A stretch of DNA of 63,884 nucleotides, the filler included. It is 15 parts of 15 records of this genome, joined end to end, with 100 filler letters (N's around TTAATTAATTAA, not from the genome) between each part and the next. Parts side by side here need not be neighbours in the genome. Positions count along the whole stretch, not along the records: positions 1 to 3,249 come from SRR15195285_14145; positions 3,350 to 8,235 come from SRR15195285_14150; positions 8,336 to 13,057 come from SRR15195285_14201; 12 more parts are not named here. One strand, given 5' to 3'. A program made the position numbers and the translations under genes. The notes under the pieces are model-generated. The model saw only the letters and a program-made list of their open reading frames with translations, searched no databases and was not told the DNA's origin. Position 1 is the first letter of the stretch. Every line of letters starts with the position of its first letter. This document shows positions 1-11,400 of the stretch, in pieces.

Positions 1-237
1 TCCGAAAATCCCCAATCTGGCGCCTCACCTTGGGCGTAGCACTCAGTAGAGGTGCGCGTGTGCTCCCGCGCGCCGCGCGGCGCAGCAGCGCGCCGTCCGC
101 GCGCGCACTCGCTGCTGCTGCGTCTGCAATGGTTGCAGTTTCACTTCCGATACGGGCCTGCCCTTGACCTCGCTCCGCACACAGCAGACTACAGCGCGTT
201 GTCGGCGGGTTTTGCTAGGGACAAAGGGCTGCAGCGG

Positions 238-1722
238 ATGCTGACCGCGTCGCTTGGCCTGCTGCTGCTGACGACCGCACTGCTCGATGAAGCTCCGGCC
301 GCCGCAACCGTGGCCAGTGCCGCTGCTGCGCCATACCGCCAGCAGGAGTACGTCGTCTCGGGCTGCCTGGACCCACCGCTGGACGATAGCAGCTACGTGT
401 CTCTCAAAACTCTCAACTTCACGGGCATCTTCGGCGAGCGGACCGCCACAACGCCGCAGGCAGCCGCAGCGCAGGCAGCACTGTGCCAGAAGCACGGGCT
501 GACATCCTGCTTTCCGGGGCACGCCGCCGCCGACAGCGTCCCGCTCAACGGCTCTGTGCGTGGCTATTACCTGAAGGACGAGCCGCACATGTGGGACTTT
601 GGTCAGTGGGCGAGCCAGGCTAAGGCCATCCGCAAGAAGCGCCCCGGCGCCCTCGTCTTCATCAATATGCTAGGCTCTGACCGCACGACGTTCGAGGGAG
701 AGGACATCGTCCCCATGCGCGGCTGGTGGGGCTGCGGCTCTGGAAAAACCCCGCCGAAGTGCTCGTACAAGCAGTACGTCGATCGGTTCATCAGCGAGAT
801 CCAGCCTGATATCCTCTGCTTCGATCAGTACCCAAACTGGGGCGACTGCGAGAGCAACCGCCTCAATATGAACGCCACGTACGACACCACGGAGCACTTC
901 CTCTACAACCTTGCGTACATCAACAACCGTAGCCTCGGGGCGAATCTCACTTTCTGGAATTATTTCAAGAGCGGCTTCGGTGTGGAAGTATGCGGGCCGA
1001 GCGAGGGCAAGGTGGCCTGGCAGATGTACGCGAGCGCGCTGCACGGCTCACGTGGGCTGCTGCACTTTTTGGTGACTCCGTGCGCAACGCCGGTCGACTG
1101 CGGTGACGTGCCGCACCCACCACACGCGGCAGCACACGGACTACTGCAGCAAGGGGGGCTGATGCGGAAGGCGCTCGGTGCTACTGGCAACAGCAGCCTA
1201 GGACGGAAGGACCATGGATATCCGGGTCTGTTGACGCCGGAGGGCGCGCCGGCGCCAGGGCCGATCTATGACATTTCACGCCGGCTGAACTCTGTCTTTC
1301 GTGCATGGGGGCCGACTCTGATGGGTCTCCGTACTCCTGCTGGTGGTCAGGTCTATTTGCGCTTCGCAGATGGTGCTCAGGGCATGGGGCGCAAGCTGGC
1401 TGCCGCAAATGCTCCATTGGTCAACATCAGCCTAGGCGATTACAATGTGGGACTATTCTACAACGAAACGAGGAGCTTCGGCTCGGCCCCTGACGGCAAC
1501 CAGATCACGGCAATCATGCTGCAGAACAACGACGCGGCAAATTTCCGTTTCGCTACCGTCGTGTGGCGCGGGAGCTCGACGCTGTCCGGTGACATCGACA
1601 AGGTGATGGAGGTAGACGGCAGCGATGGGCGCGCGAAACCAGTGCAGGACGCGGCCACGCATGTGGCTGGCTTTCAGGTCGTGCTTAACGCCGGAGAGGC
1701 CAAGCTCTACACGTTCGTCTAG
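238..1722 (+). CDS. Secreted putative glycoside hydrolase (TIM barrel, clan GH-A-like, uncharacterised bacterial-type family)
   Basis: ATG at 238 followed by a hydrophobic signal peptide (MLTASLGLLLLTTALL). Motifs GYYLKDEP, VFINMLG, YVDRFISEIQPDILCFDQYP, FWNYF and WQMYASALHGSRGLLHF. No intron is needed. Confidence 0.6.
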   Translation: MLTASLGLLLLTTALLDEAPAAATVASAAAAPYRQQEYVVSGCLDPPLDDSSYVSLKTLNFTGIFGERTATTPQAAAAQAALCQKHGLTSCFPGHAAADSVPLNGSVRGYYLKDEPHMWDFGQWASQAKAIRKKRPGALVFINMLGSDRTTFEGEDIVPMRGWWGCGSGKTPPKCSYKQYVDRFISEIQPDILCFDQYPNWGDCESNRLNMNATYDTTEHFLYNLAYINNRSLGANLTFWNYFKSGFGVEVCGPSEGKVAWQMYASALHGSRGLLHFLVTPCATPVDCGDVPHPPHAAAHGLLQQGGLMRKALGATGNSSLGRKDHGYPGLLTPEGAPAPGPIYDISRRLNSVFRAWGPTLMGLRTPAGGQVYLRFADGAQGMGRKLAAANAPLVNISLGDYNVGLFYNETRSFGSAPDGNQITAIMLQNNDAANFRFATVVWRGSSTLSGDIDKVMEVDGSDGRAKPVQDAATHVAGFQVVLNAGEAKLYTFV

Positions 1723-2188
1723 CTAGGCATCAACACGCAGCTGAAAGCACGCAGCTGAAACTGCAACTGTAACAAACTGTGACTCTGACTGTTTGTGGTA
1801 CCATACTATATAGAATGCTCAGCAGTCGGCAGGGGTTGGCACTCAGTTGGTACTCACCTACCATAGACCATTCCCGCGCGGAAACTCGAGCCGTTGCACG
1901 CGTAGCCACTAATGATCTTGAAGATGACTCGATTCTGAACCTTGAGTTCCACCATATGTAGACTCTACGCAAGCGCCGAAATGCGACCCCCTCCGCGCAC
2001 GCTAGGTTCACGACGTTTGCGGCAATTTCGGACCCAAGGGGTGGCCCTAGGGCTGTGCGAAGATTACTACGCGAAAACTTGTTGAAATCCCGATATATCG
2101 GGGCGGCCACATGACAATCCTTGTTCCTTGAGGATCTAAGTACAATGGTTGTTTTTGACTTCTTGTTTTCAACCCTTGCTGTACCGTG

Positions 2189-2224
2189 TGTTCGTGGGCA
2201 TAATGCCCCTTATGCCCACGAACA
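2189..2224. repeat. Perfect 15-bp inverted repeat (hairpin), member of a dispersed GGGCATAA..TTATGCCC family
   Basis: TGTTCGTGGGCATAA-tgcccc-TTATGCCCACGAACA. Confidence 0.9.
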
Positions 2225-3221
2225 ATTCAACCACAAATTTCTACAGTGGTGACGCGTTGGCACACTACACGGCCCGCCGCCCTCTCACAGCGCTCCAAAA
2301 CCTTCTCTTCCCCACCAACCAGTGACTGAAAAGGACAGGTCACGTCCAAGCATGAATTTACATTGCCACACTCTTTTCGTTCATCTTTGCTTGACAACAA
2401 AGGATTCTCACATGAACAGCTGCTGCTGGTTCCCTCCAGAAAACCCACCCGCGCCTCCGCTGATCAGCCGCCGCTGCCTGGGATTGGCCGCCGCGAGGCA
2501 TAGCGGATTGAGCGTGAAAGTTGTCTCGCCGCCCTTTTCCAGATACGGTGGGAAGCGCGTGTTCATCCACTGCGTCGCGTAGTGCACCTGCGTGATGTGT
2601 CGCGTTTGATCGCTCGTGTTTGCGCTCCCCGGTGCCAGACATCCGATCGGAACGCAACGCAGTCCCCTGCCTTGACCATCAGCGCCTGATCTGGTGTGCC
2701 TGCAGCAGAGGCAAGAGCGACATTGTTCAGTCGAAGTACTAGATTACTACTATCGCACATCACACATCATGCTTCATGCATCACATCACACTTGCTGCGC
2801 AACCTGGTACTTGGTACCAAAGTGCCCTCGCACCTAAACTCGCTGTGATTGCATCGACATTGTGTATGTACGTCACGCGCCCACGAATGGACGCGTGTTA
2901 GATGAAACTTCATTCAAACCACAGCCATTGTATCGCGTTCTTCACTACCACCATAGAACTCTCCCTCGGTGCCCATGGCGAACATGCTTCCTTACAGCAT
3001 AATGATATTACAAGTTGACACGAACGTCCGGGCAAGTAGTCACAATGTGCGAAGTGCCAGACAGAATGATCAGTTGCTGTATTGGGATTCAAACATGTTC
3101 TGGTCGGACAGCATGACCTCGTTCTAATGGTATGGATTGGCAATGTACGACAACGGGTCCCAGTTGCTCTGAGTCGCGGTGTGGCGGCGGGTGGTGGCGC
3201 AGCCGTGGGGCGCGTATGTAA

Positions 3222-3249
3222 TGACACCGGGCATAAGGCCCTTATGCCC
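3222..3249. repeat. Palindromic repeat copy at contig end
   Basis: TGACACCGGGCATAAGG-C-CCTTATGCCC, cut off by the contig end; near-identical to 40292-40320. Confidence 0.85.
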
Positions 3250-3349
3250 NNNNNNNNNNNNNNNNNNNNNNNNNNNNNNNNNNNNNNNNNNNNTTAATTA
3301 ATTAANNNNNNNNNNNNNNNNNNNNNNNNNNNNNNNNNNNNNNNNNNNN
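3250..3349. other. Artificial contig spacer (first of 14)
   Basis: 44 N + TTAATTAATTAA (six-frame stop) + 44 N. Others start at 8236, 13058, 16887, 20964, 27613, 31550, 36038, 40321, 45002, 48549, 52317, 55765 and 60349. Confidence 0.99.
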
Positions 3350-3390
3350 AGCAGCAGCAGCAGCAGCAGCAGCTGCTGCCTGTCAGTGCT

Positions 3391-4719
3391 ATGATAGCAC
3401 ACAGGACCAGCACTAGTGGGTCCGCATTCGAGACGAACGGTAGCCTCAATCGCCAATCAGCTCCAGACGCAGGAGTTTTACAAACTACGCAATGTGGCCC
3501 ATCTGCCGTCATTCGAACAGAAACTGCAATGTCGACGACCGCCAGGGCTCCTTCGCTCGTGGAATGTGTCGGGCGCGCGACTCGCTTCTTCAACGAGCGG
3601 TGCCAACGTCGACTGCCAGTCCGTCGAACGGCGAACGGTCTTGTGATTGAGGCGACCACTCTCTATGCAGAAAATGTTGATGTGAATCGTGAGAACCGTG
3701 AGAAACTGGCAAGACTATGTGGGCAGCCCGCACTGTTCACAGGTCACGATGGCGTTGTCGTGGATATGGATGCTGCAATGCGTGCAGTTCGCAAGAGCTA
3801 CGCTTTTACACAGCTTGTGGCTTCACAGGGAGTGGCTGCTGCAGAGCAAGCTGTGCCTGATCTCCTGACCGACACCGCGGAGAAATTCAGAGCCGAGCTG
3901 TGGGAGAACAAAAAGTTCTTTGGTGATCTAACAGTTACACCCCAGCGGGCAGGGATGGGGCGTAATTTGCATCGCCAGTTGAACGAGGGCCATATGCCAA
4001 AGCTTCTGGAACTGAAGGTGGAGGCACAGGTGATGCTGCTGATCAATGTAGAGCAGGACGGTGGCACAGAACGCATGCTTGTCAATGGTTCGCGTGGGGT
4101 TGTGTCGCGTGTGCAACCGATCGATGCCATTATCCGTGAACGAGAGCGTCAGCTAAAAGCAATGCGTCGTGACGCTGATCAGATGGATACGGCGGGCGCG
4201 TCATCAGAAGAAGAATGGGATGGCAAAGAAGATGCTGATGGGGCTCAACCCGCCGAGCTGCAGATACAGAAGCTGCACGGCTACGCGCAAGCAGGGTTTT
4301 CGTCTCTGCCATATGTAGACTTTTGGAACGGCAGGACAGACGTGTTGGTCGAGCCACACCAGTTCGAAAGCGAAGTGCCTGGGCGCGGCAAGTGTACACG
4401 TTTGCAGTTGCCACTCAAGCTCGCCTGGAGCATTACCATCCACAAGAGTCAGGGACTCTCGATTGAAGCAGTCCGAATGGACCTCTCACGTTGCAGGACT
4501 CCTGGGCAAGCATATGTTGCCCTCAGTCGTGCAGCTAGTGTATCTGGACTAGAGTTGCTCCGGCCGATCGATCCACGTACTGTGGCTACAGACCCAGTCG
4601 TTGGCGCTTTTTACCGTGCCCTGCGTGTGGGTGGTGCGGAATCAGAGACCTGGCTGGAGAGATGCAAGCGTTGGTGGGAATATCCTGTCGGAGATAAAGT
4701 AGCCGCTATAGCAAAATAG
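3391..4719 (+). CDS. PIF1: PIF1-family (SF1B) 5'-3' DNA helicase, C-terminal part (5' truncated)
   Basis: LKVEAQVMLLINV, LVNGSRGVV, RLQLPLKLAWSITIHKSQGLSI and GQAYVALSRA are PIF1 motifs. Walker A/B are not on this contig and the exact 5' exon boundary is uncertain. Confidence 0.88.
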   Translation: MIAHRTSTSGSAFETNGSLNRQSAPDAGVLQTTQCGPSAVIRTETAMSTTARAPSLVECVGRATRFFNERCQRRLPVRRTANGLVIEATTLYAENVDVNRENREKLARLCGQPALFTGHDGVVVDMDAAMRAVRKSYAFTQLVASQGVAAAEQAVPDLLTDTAEKFRAELWENKKFFGDLTVTPQRAGMGRNLHRQLNEGHMPKLLELKVEAQVMLLINVEQDGGTERMLVNGSRGVVSRVQPIDAIIRERERQLKAMRRDADQMDTAGASSEEEWDGKEDADGAQPAELQIQKLHGYAQAGFSSLPYVDFWNGRTDVLVEPHQFESEVPGRGKCTRLQLPLKLAWSITIHKSQGLSIEAVRMDLSRCRTPGQAYVALSRAASVSGLELLRPIDPRTVATDPVVGAFYRALRVGGAESETWLERCKRWWEYPVGDKVAAIAK

Positions 4720-5239
4720 ACGGAAGTGCATACCCAAACCCTTTGTAGATAGCTCACGTGCTCGAAAATGAGCATTTTCTGGGGCAGGCTGCAGGTGGGC
4801 GTTAAGGGCGCTCAAAGGGAGAAGTGCACGGTCAAGGAGGTGAAGAATGCATCAATGTATGGACTTGGGACTCAAGAATATTCGCGTTCATGCCTAGTTC
4901 TGCGCGTCCAGCTATCTCTATCCTTCCCAGCGTCTTCGCATCACCTCATCGTTGAGCGTGCTCTTCGCCTTCTAGGCCTTCTTGGCCATGCGCTGAGCGA
5001 TGAGCACGCACCCAAACCAACTTGCATGGTTGTCCGTTCAAACCGCGCGGTCCCCTGGCAGGGCTGCCGATGCATTATCCTCTAGATAGAGCACTGCGCG
5101 CGCATGCGTGTGTCGTCCGCGCGCGCGCGCGCGTCGCGCGCGCGCGCGGCGACGCGGACGCGTTTCGTTGTTGCCGTTGCGGGTGCGACTTACGCCTGCG
5201 TGGCGCACACAAACGCGCTCGGTGGCGTGGGGATCGGGG

Positions 5240-6233
5240 ATGTCAATGATCAAGACCTTTCTCGCCGGCGGTGGCGGCGGTGCGTCGCTGGTCGTGGTCG
5301 GACACCCTCTGGACACCGTTAAAGTGCGGCTGCAGGCAGACGCGGCGGGGAAGTGCCTACTCCGCTCACTATCATTTTCTCTTGAGCACCACTGACCAGC
5401 AGCTTTGGGTTGGAATTCTGTGGCGGTGGTGACTGCCGATGGTCAAGTTCTATATTGCGTGGGGCAGGTATAAGGGTGTGGTGGACTGCGCGATGCAGGC
5501 CATCCGCAAGGAGGGTGCGCTGTCGCTGTACAAGGGTATGGTTCCACCCCTCTCCGCGACCACGCCGATGTACGCCCTGTGCTTCTTCGGCTACAATCAA
5601 GGCAAGAAGATTTTCTGCGACGCGGATGCCTACGACCCCAAAAACCTGAAGCTCGTGCAGATTGGGCTGGCAGGCGCCACCTCGGCGGTCTTCACGACCC
5701 CAATCCAAGCGCCGCAGGAGCTGTTGAAGTGCACGCTGCAGACTCAGACCGAAGGCCAGTTCAAGAACGCGGCCGACGTTGCAAAGCATTTATATGAGAG
5801 CGGCGGGGTGCGTGCGCTAACGCGCGGTTTTGGTGTCACGTTGGTGCGCGACGCCAGTGCCTCAGTGATGTACTTTTCATGGTACGAGTTCATGAAAGCG
5901 CAGCTATCGACGGTGCCGGGCCTGAGCACAGACGGGAAGACGAACTTTGCTGGCTCATTCGTGGCGGGCGGCGTGGCTGGAGTGTGGAACTGGGTTCCTG
6001 CGATCCCGTTCGACCGACTGAAAACCAAGTACCAGACCGCAGCGCCAGGAGCGTACAGCGGCGCTGTATTTGGGTCCAAGAGCGCCTTAAAGGAGGTGAT
6101 GGCGCACGAAGGAATTAAGGGCCTGTTCAAAGGCACGGCACCCATCTTCATTCGCGCGGTCCCAGCTAACGCTGCTTGCTTCGGCGGGTACGAAATTTGC
6201 TTTAGCGCTCTCACGTCGATGGGTCTGGAGTGA
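5240..6233 (+). CDS. SLC25A20: Mitochondrial carnitine/acylcarnitine carrier (SLC25 family); intron 5353-5467
   Basis: Spliced MSMIKTFLAGGGGGASLVVVGHPLDTVKVRLQ...K|YKGVVDC. Three carrier repeats (PLDTVK, PQELLK, PFDRLK) and CACT-like LYKGM.PPL, ALCFFGY, KCTLQ and RAVPANAACF. Confidence 0.85.
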
Positions 6234-6329
6234 ACCACCAGAATTGATGCATACCAGTGTAATATTGGGGTGCATTCACAGGCGCGTTGGACCTCTGCAC
6301 ACACCGAGGATCAGCCTGTCGACTGCTAC

Positions 6330-8160
6330 CTAGAGCTTCGGACGTGGTGCAGCCTTTGTTTCTGTTCGCACGCAGAGATTTGCCATGTCCAGCAGCGCTT
6401 GCTCTAGATAAAATGCCAATCCCTCAGAGTCCAGTCCCTTGGACACAACGTTGAACTGCACTGAGTCGGGCTTGACCGTGTATGCACATCCGAAGCCATC
6501 CGGTGTCACCTCACCGTACCCCCAGCCATCGAAGTAGTCCGAGATGAGGTGGCTGGTCGACATTTTCCACGTACCACTCTCTGAGAACACGGGGTCGGTG
6601 AAAATCTCCGCGGCTGGACTGGTCGCCTCCTTTTCTCTGCGCGCCAGCAGCAATTTTAGTAAGCCAACGTAGCAACCGCGCTAGCAGATGCTGGTGGCTC
6701 CTACGTCAGCATCTGCTTCAACCCGAGAAGGATGCGGTCGACTCCTTGGGCTTTTGCCGCCTTTGCGAGATAGCCAGAGTGAGCTGTCGTCGCAGTCTGC
6801 AGCAGTTCGACCTTTGTGGCATCAGATATCGTTGGGTCATCCATCGCTTGGGAGAAATTGAGCGCATCGATCGACGTAGACCGTCCAACCTCAGTTCGAC
6901 CATGCAGGAAACCACGCGTCATGATCGACTCGTACGTGCCGCAAGGCTTGCCATTCAGACGATAGTAGGCCAGTTGCATGGCCATCTGGGTGTAGGCATC
7001 AGGAGAGATGCCAAAACCTTTCATGGCTGAGTTTCCGTACCCGGTGAAGCGCACAGCACGCCAATTGTGTGCAGCCCATTCTGCTTCAATGTAGGCCTCA
7101 GCTTCTGCGATCTCAGTGGCGACAGCAGTCGTGTTGAGCGGGAGAGCCGAAATAGCATCGGTAGCCTTTGTACCAGCAACTACTGGCACCGAGTAGTCCA
7201 GGCCACCAGTCGCAAGCATCGTCAGGACATCATTGCAGAGGCGAGCAGTTGGGCTGCCATCAGATTTAGCATGTTCACCGATGAAGACAGCCTTGCCGTT
7301 CTCGAAGACTATCAGCTGCAGTGTCTTGTCAAAAAAGCGGTTGCATTTGCCGTTGAGTGCGTTGCGCCCCACATCAGTCGGAGTGATCGGCGAAATGTCA
7401 TCCAGGCACACTCCGAACATCGCGCGCTCCACCTTCTCAAGTGAGTCAGCGCTAGTGGTGTCTGCCAGCAGCTTCGTTCGTGATGAGTACCATAGGTCGC
7501 GACTGGCGGCAGTCAGAGCGCCCACATTGCTGGCTGCGGTCTCCCCTGCCATTGCAACTATCTTCAACAGCTCGGCTTCGATCTCATCGGTGTTGAGGCC
7601 AGTGATGTTGAGAGAGAACAGCTGGTTCTTTCGGGAAATGACAATCTCTCCGTTGTAGAGTGCCGGGTTATAGCAGTTGACCGCATCCTTGGATTCGCCC
7701 GGCACGCGGGCTGAGTGGAAGAGGAACTTGTAGCCGTTTGAGCACAGCTTCTCAGGGCCCTTGCCATTTGGTTCTGGCTCGAGCGTGCCATTGGTCACTT
7801 GCTGCCCAATCTGTGCGAATCCGCTGATGAGGGACGCGGTGCGGCTACACGGATCCTTTCGTGCGGGGTCGTCACTGAACTGGTCTGCAATCCCAGCGGC
7901 GCATGCGTAAGCGACATAGCCGAGGGGTCGATGTTCGATTGCAAGGCAGCAAGACGCACAAAAGTATGACACATAGAACGCAATCGAGTCGCGGTAATCC
8001 AAGTACGCAATGTTGTCCCACCACTCGGCCAACCAGCTCGATCCGCCCTTGTCAGCAGTGAGCCGGTCCACGTTGTCACGGTGCTGAGTGAGCCGAGCGT
8101 GCAGCTCATCGGCGAGTTCCGTCTCGAAGAGATCGACTTTGGCCTGAACACGGCGCAAGC
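6330..8160 (-). CDS. CRAT: Carnitine O-acetyltransferase (choline/carnitine acyltransferase family), 5' truncated; introns 7885-7959 and 6637-6704
   Basis: SWLAEWW, NRFFDKTLQ, catalytic His in GEHAKSDG, SPDAYTQMAMQLAYY, TYES..TR.FLHGRTE, GVDR.LLGL, WKMSTS and GYGEVTPDGFGCAY. Ends RPKL* (PTS1-like). Confidence 0.9.
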
Positions 8161-8426
8161 CTGAGCGCGACGCGTGTGGCTGCGTAGGCGAGTGAGCGTA
8201 GCTCTCGCGAGGGGGGGGGGGGGGGGGGGGGGGGGNNNNNNNNNNNNNNNNNNNNNNNNNNNNNNNNNNNNNNNNNNNNTTAATTAATTAANNNNNNNNN
8301 NNNNNNNNNNNNNNNNNNNNNNNNNNNNNNNNNNNGGGGGGGGGGGGGGGGGGGGGGGGGCAGCAGCATCGCGATACCTCTTCCCCTTTGACGTGCGCGC
8401 GCTTTCGGACTTCATTGCTTGCCGCG

Positions 8427-11400
8427 ATGCTGCGGTTAGGGTTACGCAGGTCGCGACTCTCCGCAGTGCAGCCAAAACTCGCGACCGTCCTGCTGGCCCT
8501 GCTTTCCTGCGCTGGCTCGAGCTTCGGGGAACCGCCGATCTGGCGCGAGGGCGCTCTCGGAGAGAGCTGCGCGTCCACGTGCGAAGCGGTAGGGGGCAGC
8601 TGCGTGAGCGACTATCCCGCCGTGCAGACGGCGAGCATGATGGACGAAATCGCCGCCAAGATCGGCACCACCTGTGGTGGGCGGCATGACTCAGATTCGT
8701 CGCCAGAGAACCCGTGTCTGTGGTATGGCGGGTCGAGTCCGACGTGCTACGCGCAATCCTCGAGCAGCCACACGGTGAGCTGCACCGGGCGCAACTCAAA
8801 AGCGCGGCGGTTCTGTCCGTGCACACGCGGAACGCACGATTGCGGCGACCCGGCCGCGGACGACTTTGTGGAGGGCGGCGCGGCGCCTGGGGACAACCAG
8901 CTGTGTCAGTACTCGTGTACGAAGCTGTATGAGCGCTTCGGTCTGACGCAGAGCAGCAGCAGCAGCAGGTGCTTCAACGCCGCCGACAGCCACAATATCC
9001 ACGGCGCCTACTGGGTCTACGGCGACCCAGTAAAGTCGTGCACAGATACATGCCGCAATGAAGGCTATACCTGCTTGAGCGGAACCTGGCCCACGCTCAG
9101 CGAGGCGGACTTCAAGACGATCAGCGGTGTCACGTGCAGCTCATACAACTCCGGCGGAGCAAGCACCAACCCGGAGATCACAGGCACCAGCTGCTATTAC
9201 GACGGTGCTAGCAGCTGCTCCGGTACAGAGACAGGTAGTCGTCGGCTGTGCCCTTGCGTTTCGCCGAACGGGGAGCACACGAGCTGGCCGCCCGGCCCGG
9301 CCAACGGCAGCAACCACACGTACACGATTCCGGTGTGGGCTGGTATCACCGGGGTGGTGATCCAGGGGCGCGCCAGCGGCGCGGACGGCAGCGCCCGCAC
9401 GCTATTAAGCTCGCGTGTTGATGCTATCGGCACCGGCGTGAAGCTTGTGATGCGGCATGTAAACATGTCCGGGTTAGTGGCGGTTGCGCAACCTGCTGAC
9501 CACAGTTATGTGGACGGCGGTGCCGTGCACGTGCTCGGAGGAACGCTCGTGCTCGAGTACAGCACATTCCACCGCAATGTGGCGAGGTGCGGGGGTGCTC
9601 TGGCCGTGTACGGCAGTGGGGCGACAGTGACCATTGTAGGGTGTACGTTTGAACTCAACAGGGCGGACTTGAGCAGCGGGTCCAGCCGTTGTTCCCACGA
9701 TGGCGGTGCTATCACTGTATACGGCGGGGCGCGCGCCACGATCAGCGGCAGCACGTTCAGAAACAACACAGCAACAAGGGGTGGCGCCGTGTACCTTCAT
9801 TCGAACACCGGCGCGATTTCCATCAACGACTGTGTCTATCTAAACAACACGGCCCAAGGGGATGTAAGAAAGCGTGACCTTCTGCCTCGCTGCACCACAC
9901 TCTCCCTTCATGTGGCCTCTGGCTTTCTCACTTCGTGTACCTTGTCTGGTCGCATATTACTGTGGTACAATAGGATGGCGGTGCGATATACTCCTCGGGC
10001 AACAGTGCTGACGTGACGATCAACGACAGCGAGTTCGTAAAGAATTATGCTGGGGATGTGCGTTTTCCATCGCTGTTGTTTCGAGCAACCGCTCTTGTAC
10101 TTGCTGCTCAACTAAGCGGCTCATGCTGACGTGCTTGGATTGCTGTAGTATGGAGGCGCAGTGGCGCTGCGCGATGCGAAATGGCAGTTGCAAGGATGCA
10201 GCTTCACCAACAACACAGCTCCTAGAAATTCTCGTGGGGGCGCTGTATATGCAAGCGACGATGCTCAACATGGCGTCCTCAGCGATTGTCGTGGTTATGG
10301 CAATGTTGATAAGACTAGTAGCGCGGTATACTTGCCGCCCAGCAGCATGCGGATGACAGACGCACAGTTGCGCATCGACAGCCACAATTATCGCTGGGTC
10401 TACCTCAGCCTCAGCAAACCGAGCTCTTCTCCTTGCCAATTCTCGCCGCTACCCAGGCATGCTACTGCAGGCACGTGCACCGGTGACGTGATCCCAAAAG
10501 ATGGCAAGTGCCGTCCAAAATGTCTCTCAGGCTTGGCAGTAGCTGGGAATGGTCTGGCGACCTGTGAGGTTAAGGGAAGCTACGCGCTAGGATTGTGGCA
10601 CGGTAGTTGCGCGAGTGACTGCCCTATTGGTATGTTTCCAGCTACAACTGCCGTTGGCATGCGAACCTGCACAGCGTGTCCGCCACACTCAAATACGAGT
10701 GTGGCTGGGTCAGCGAGCCGCAACGACTGTCACTGCAACGACGGCTACGTAGGGCCATGGCAGACTGGTAGATGCATAGGTATCCAGTGCTCTGGCCCTC
10801 CTATAGATTCTATCGCTCTCAGCAGCTGTGGTGTAGGTCACTATGGAGATGGACGGGACGGCGATCAGGCATCCATGTGCACTGCTCGCTGCCAGACTGG
10901 CTACGTGCGACTGGAAGGAGACAGGTCTTATACCTGCAACAAGTTTGGAGAGTGGAGCGGTGGCTCATTGGTCTGCTACGACCCCTGCACTGCCTTTCCA
11001 TGTCGCAACGGCGGAACGTGTTCTGCGAAGGCGGACACCCACATGATGGATGGTCTGCCATACACGTGCTCCTGTCCACCGGAGTGGGCAGGTCCTAACT
11101 GTGATGACCACAGCCCGTGCGTACAAATGTCAGCTTCCAGTGGCCTGCAGAATGTGTGCAGAAACAATGGTGTGTGCACACCACATGATCCAAATCCAGG
11201 CGACGAGTGTCCGTGCTACCGGGAGAACAACATTCGGTTTGTGTGCAGTGCTGACAGACAAGGAGACTGTCAAATGTGCAGTCCAAAAAGTGAAACGTGC
11301 AACCCCAACCACTGCCCTGGGGCCGGCGATTGCTACACGACCAGAGGACATGCATGCCAGTGCACAGATGCCTCAGGCCTCGATCATCCACCAAGCTGCA

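Noticed and set aside
3391-4719. PIF1 helicase as part of a Helitron
   Set aside because: No Rep/HUH domain or Helitron terminus is visible on this contig, and the nearby hairpin lies on a different contig.
8210-8360. Poly-G on both sides of a spacer, suggesting true adjacency or a G-quadruplex
   Set aside because: The missing 5' exons of the acyltransferase cannot fit in the roughly 65 bp before the next gene. Homopolymer ends are typical assembly breakpoints or sequencing artefacts.
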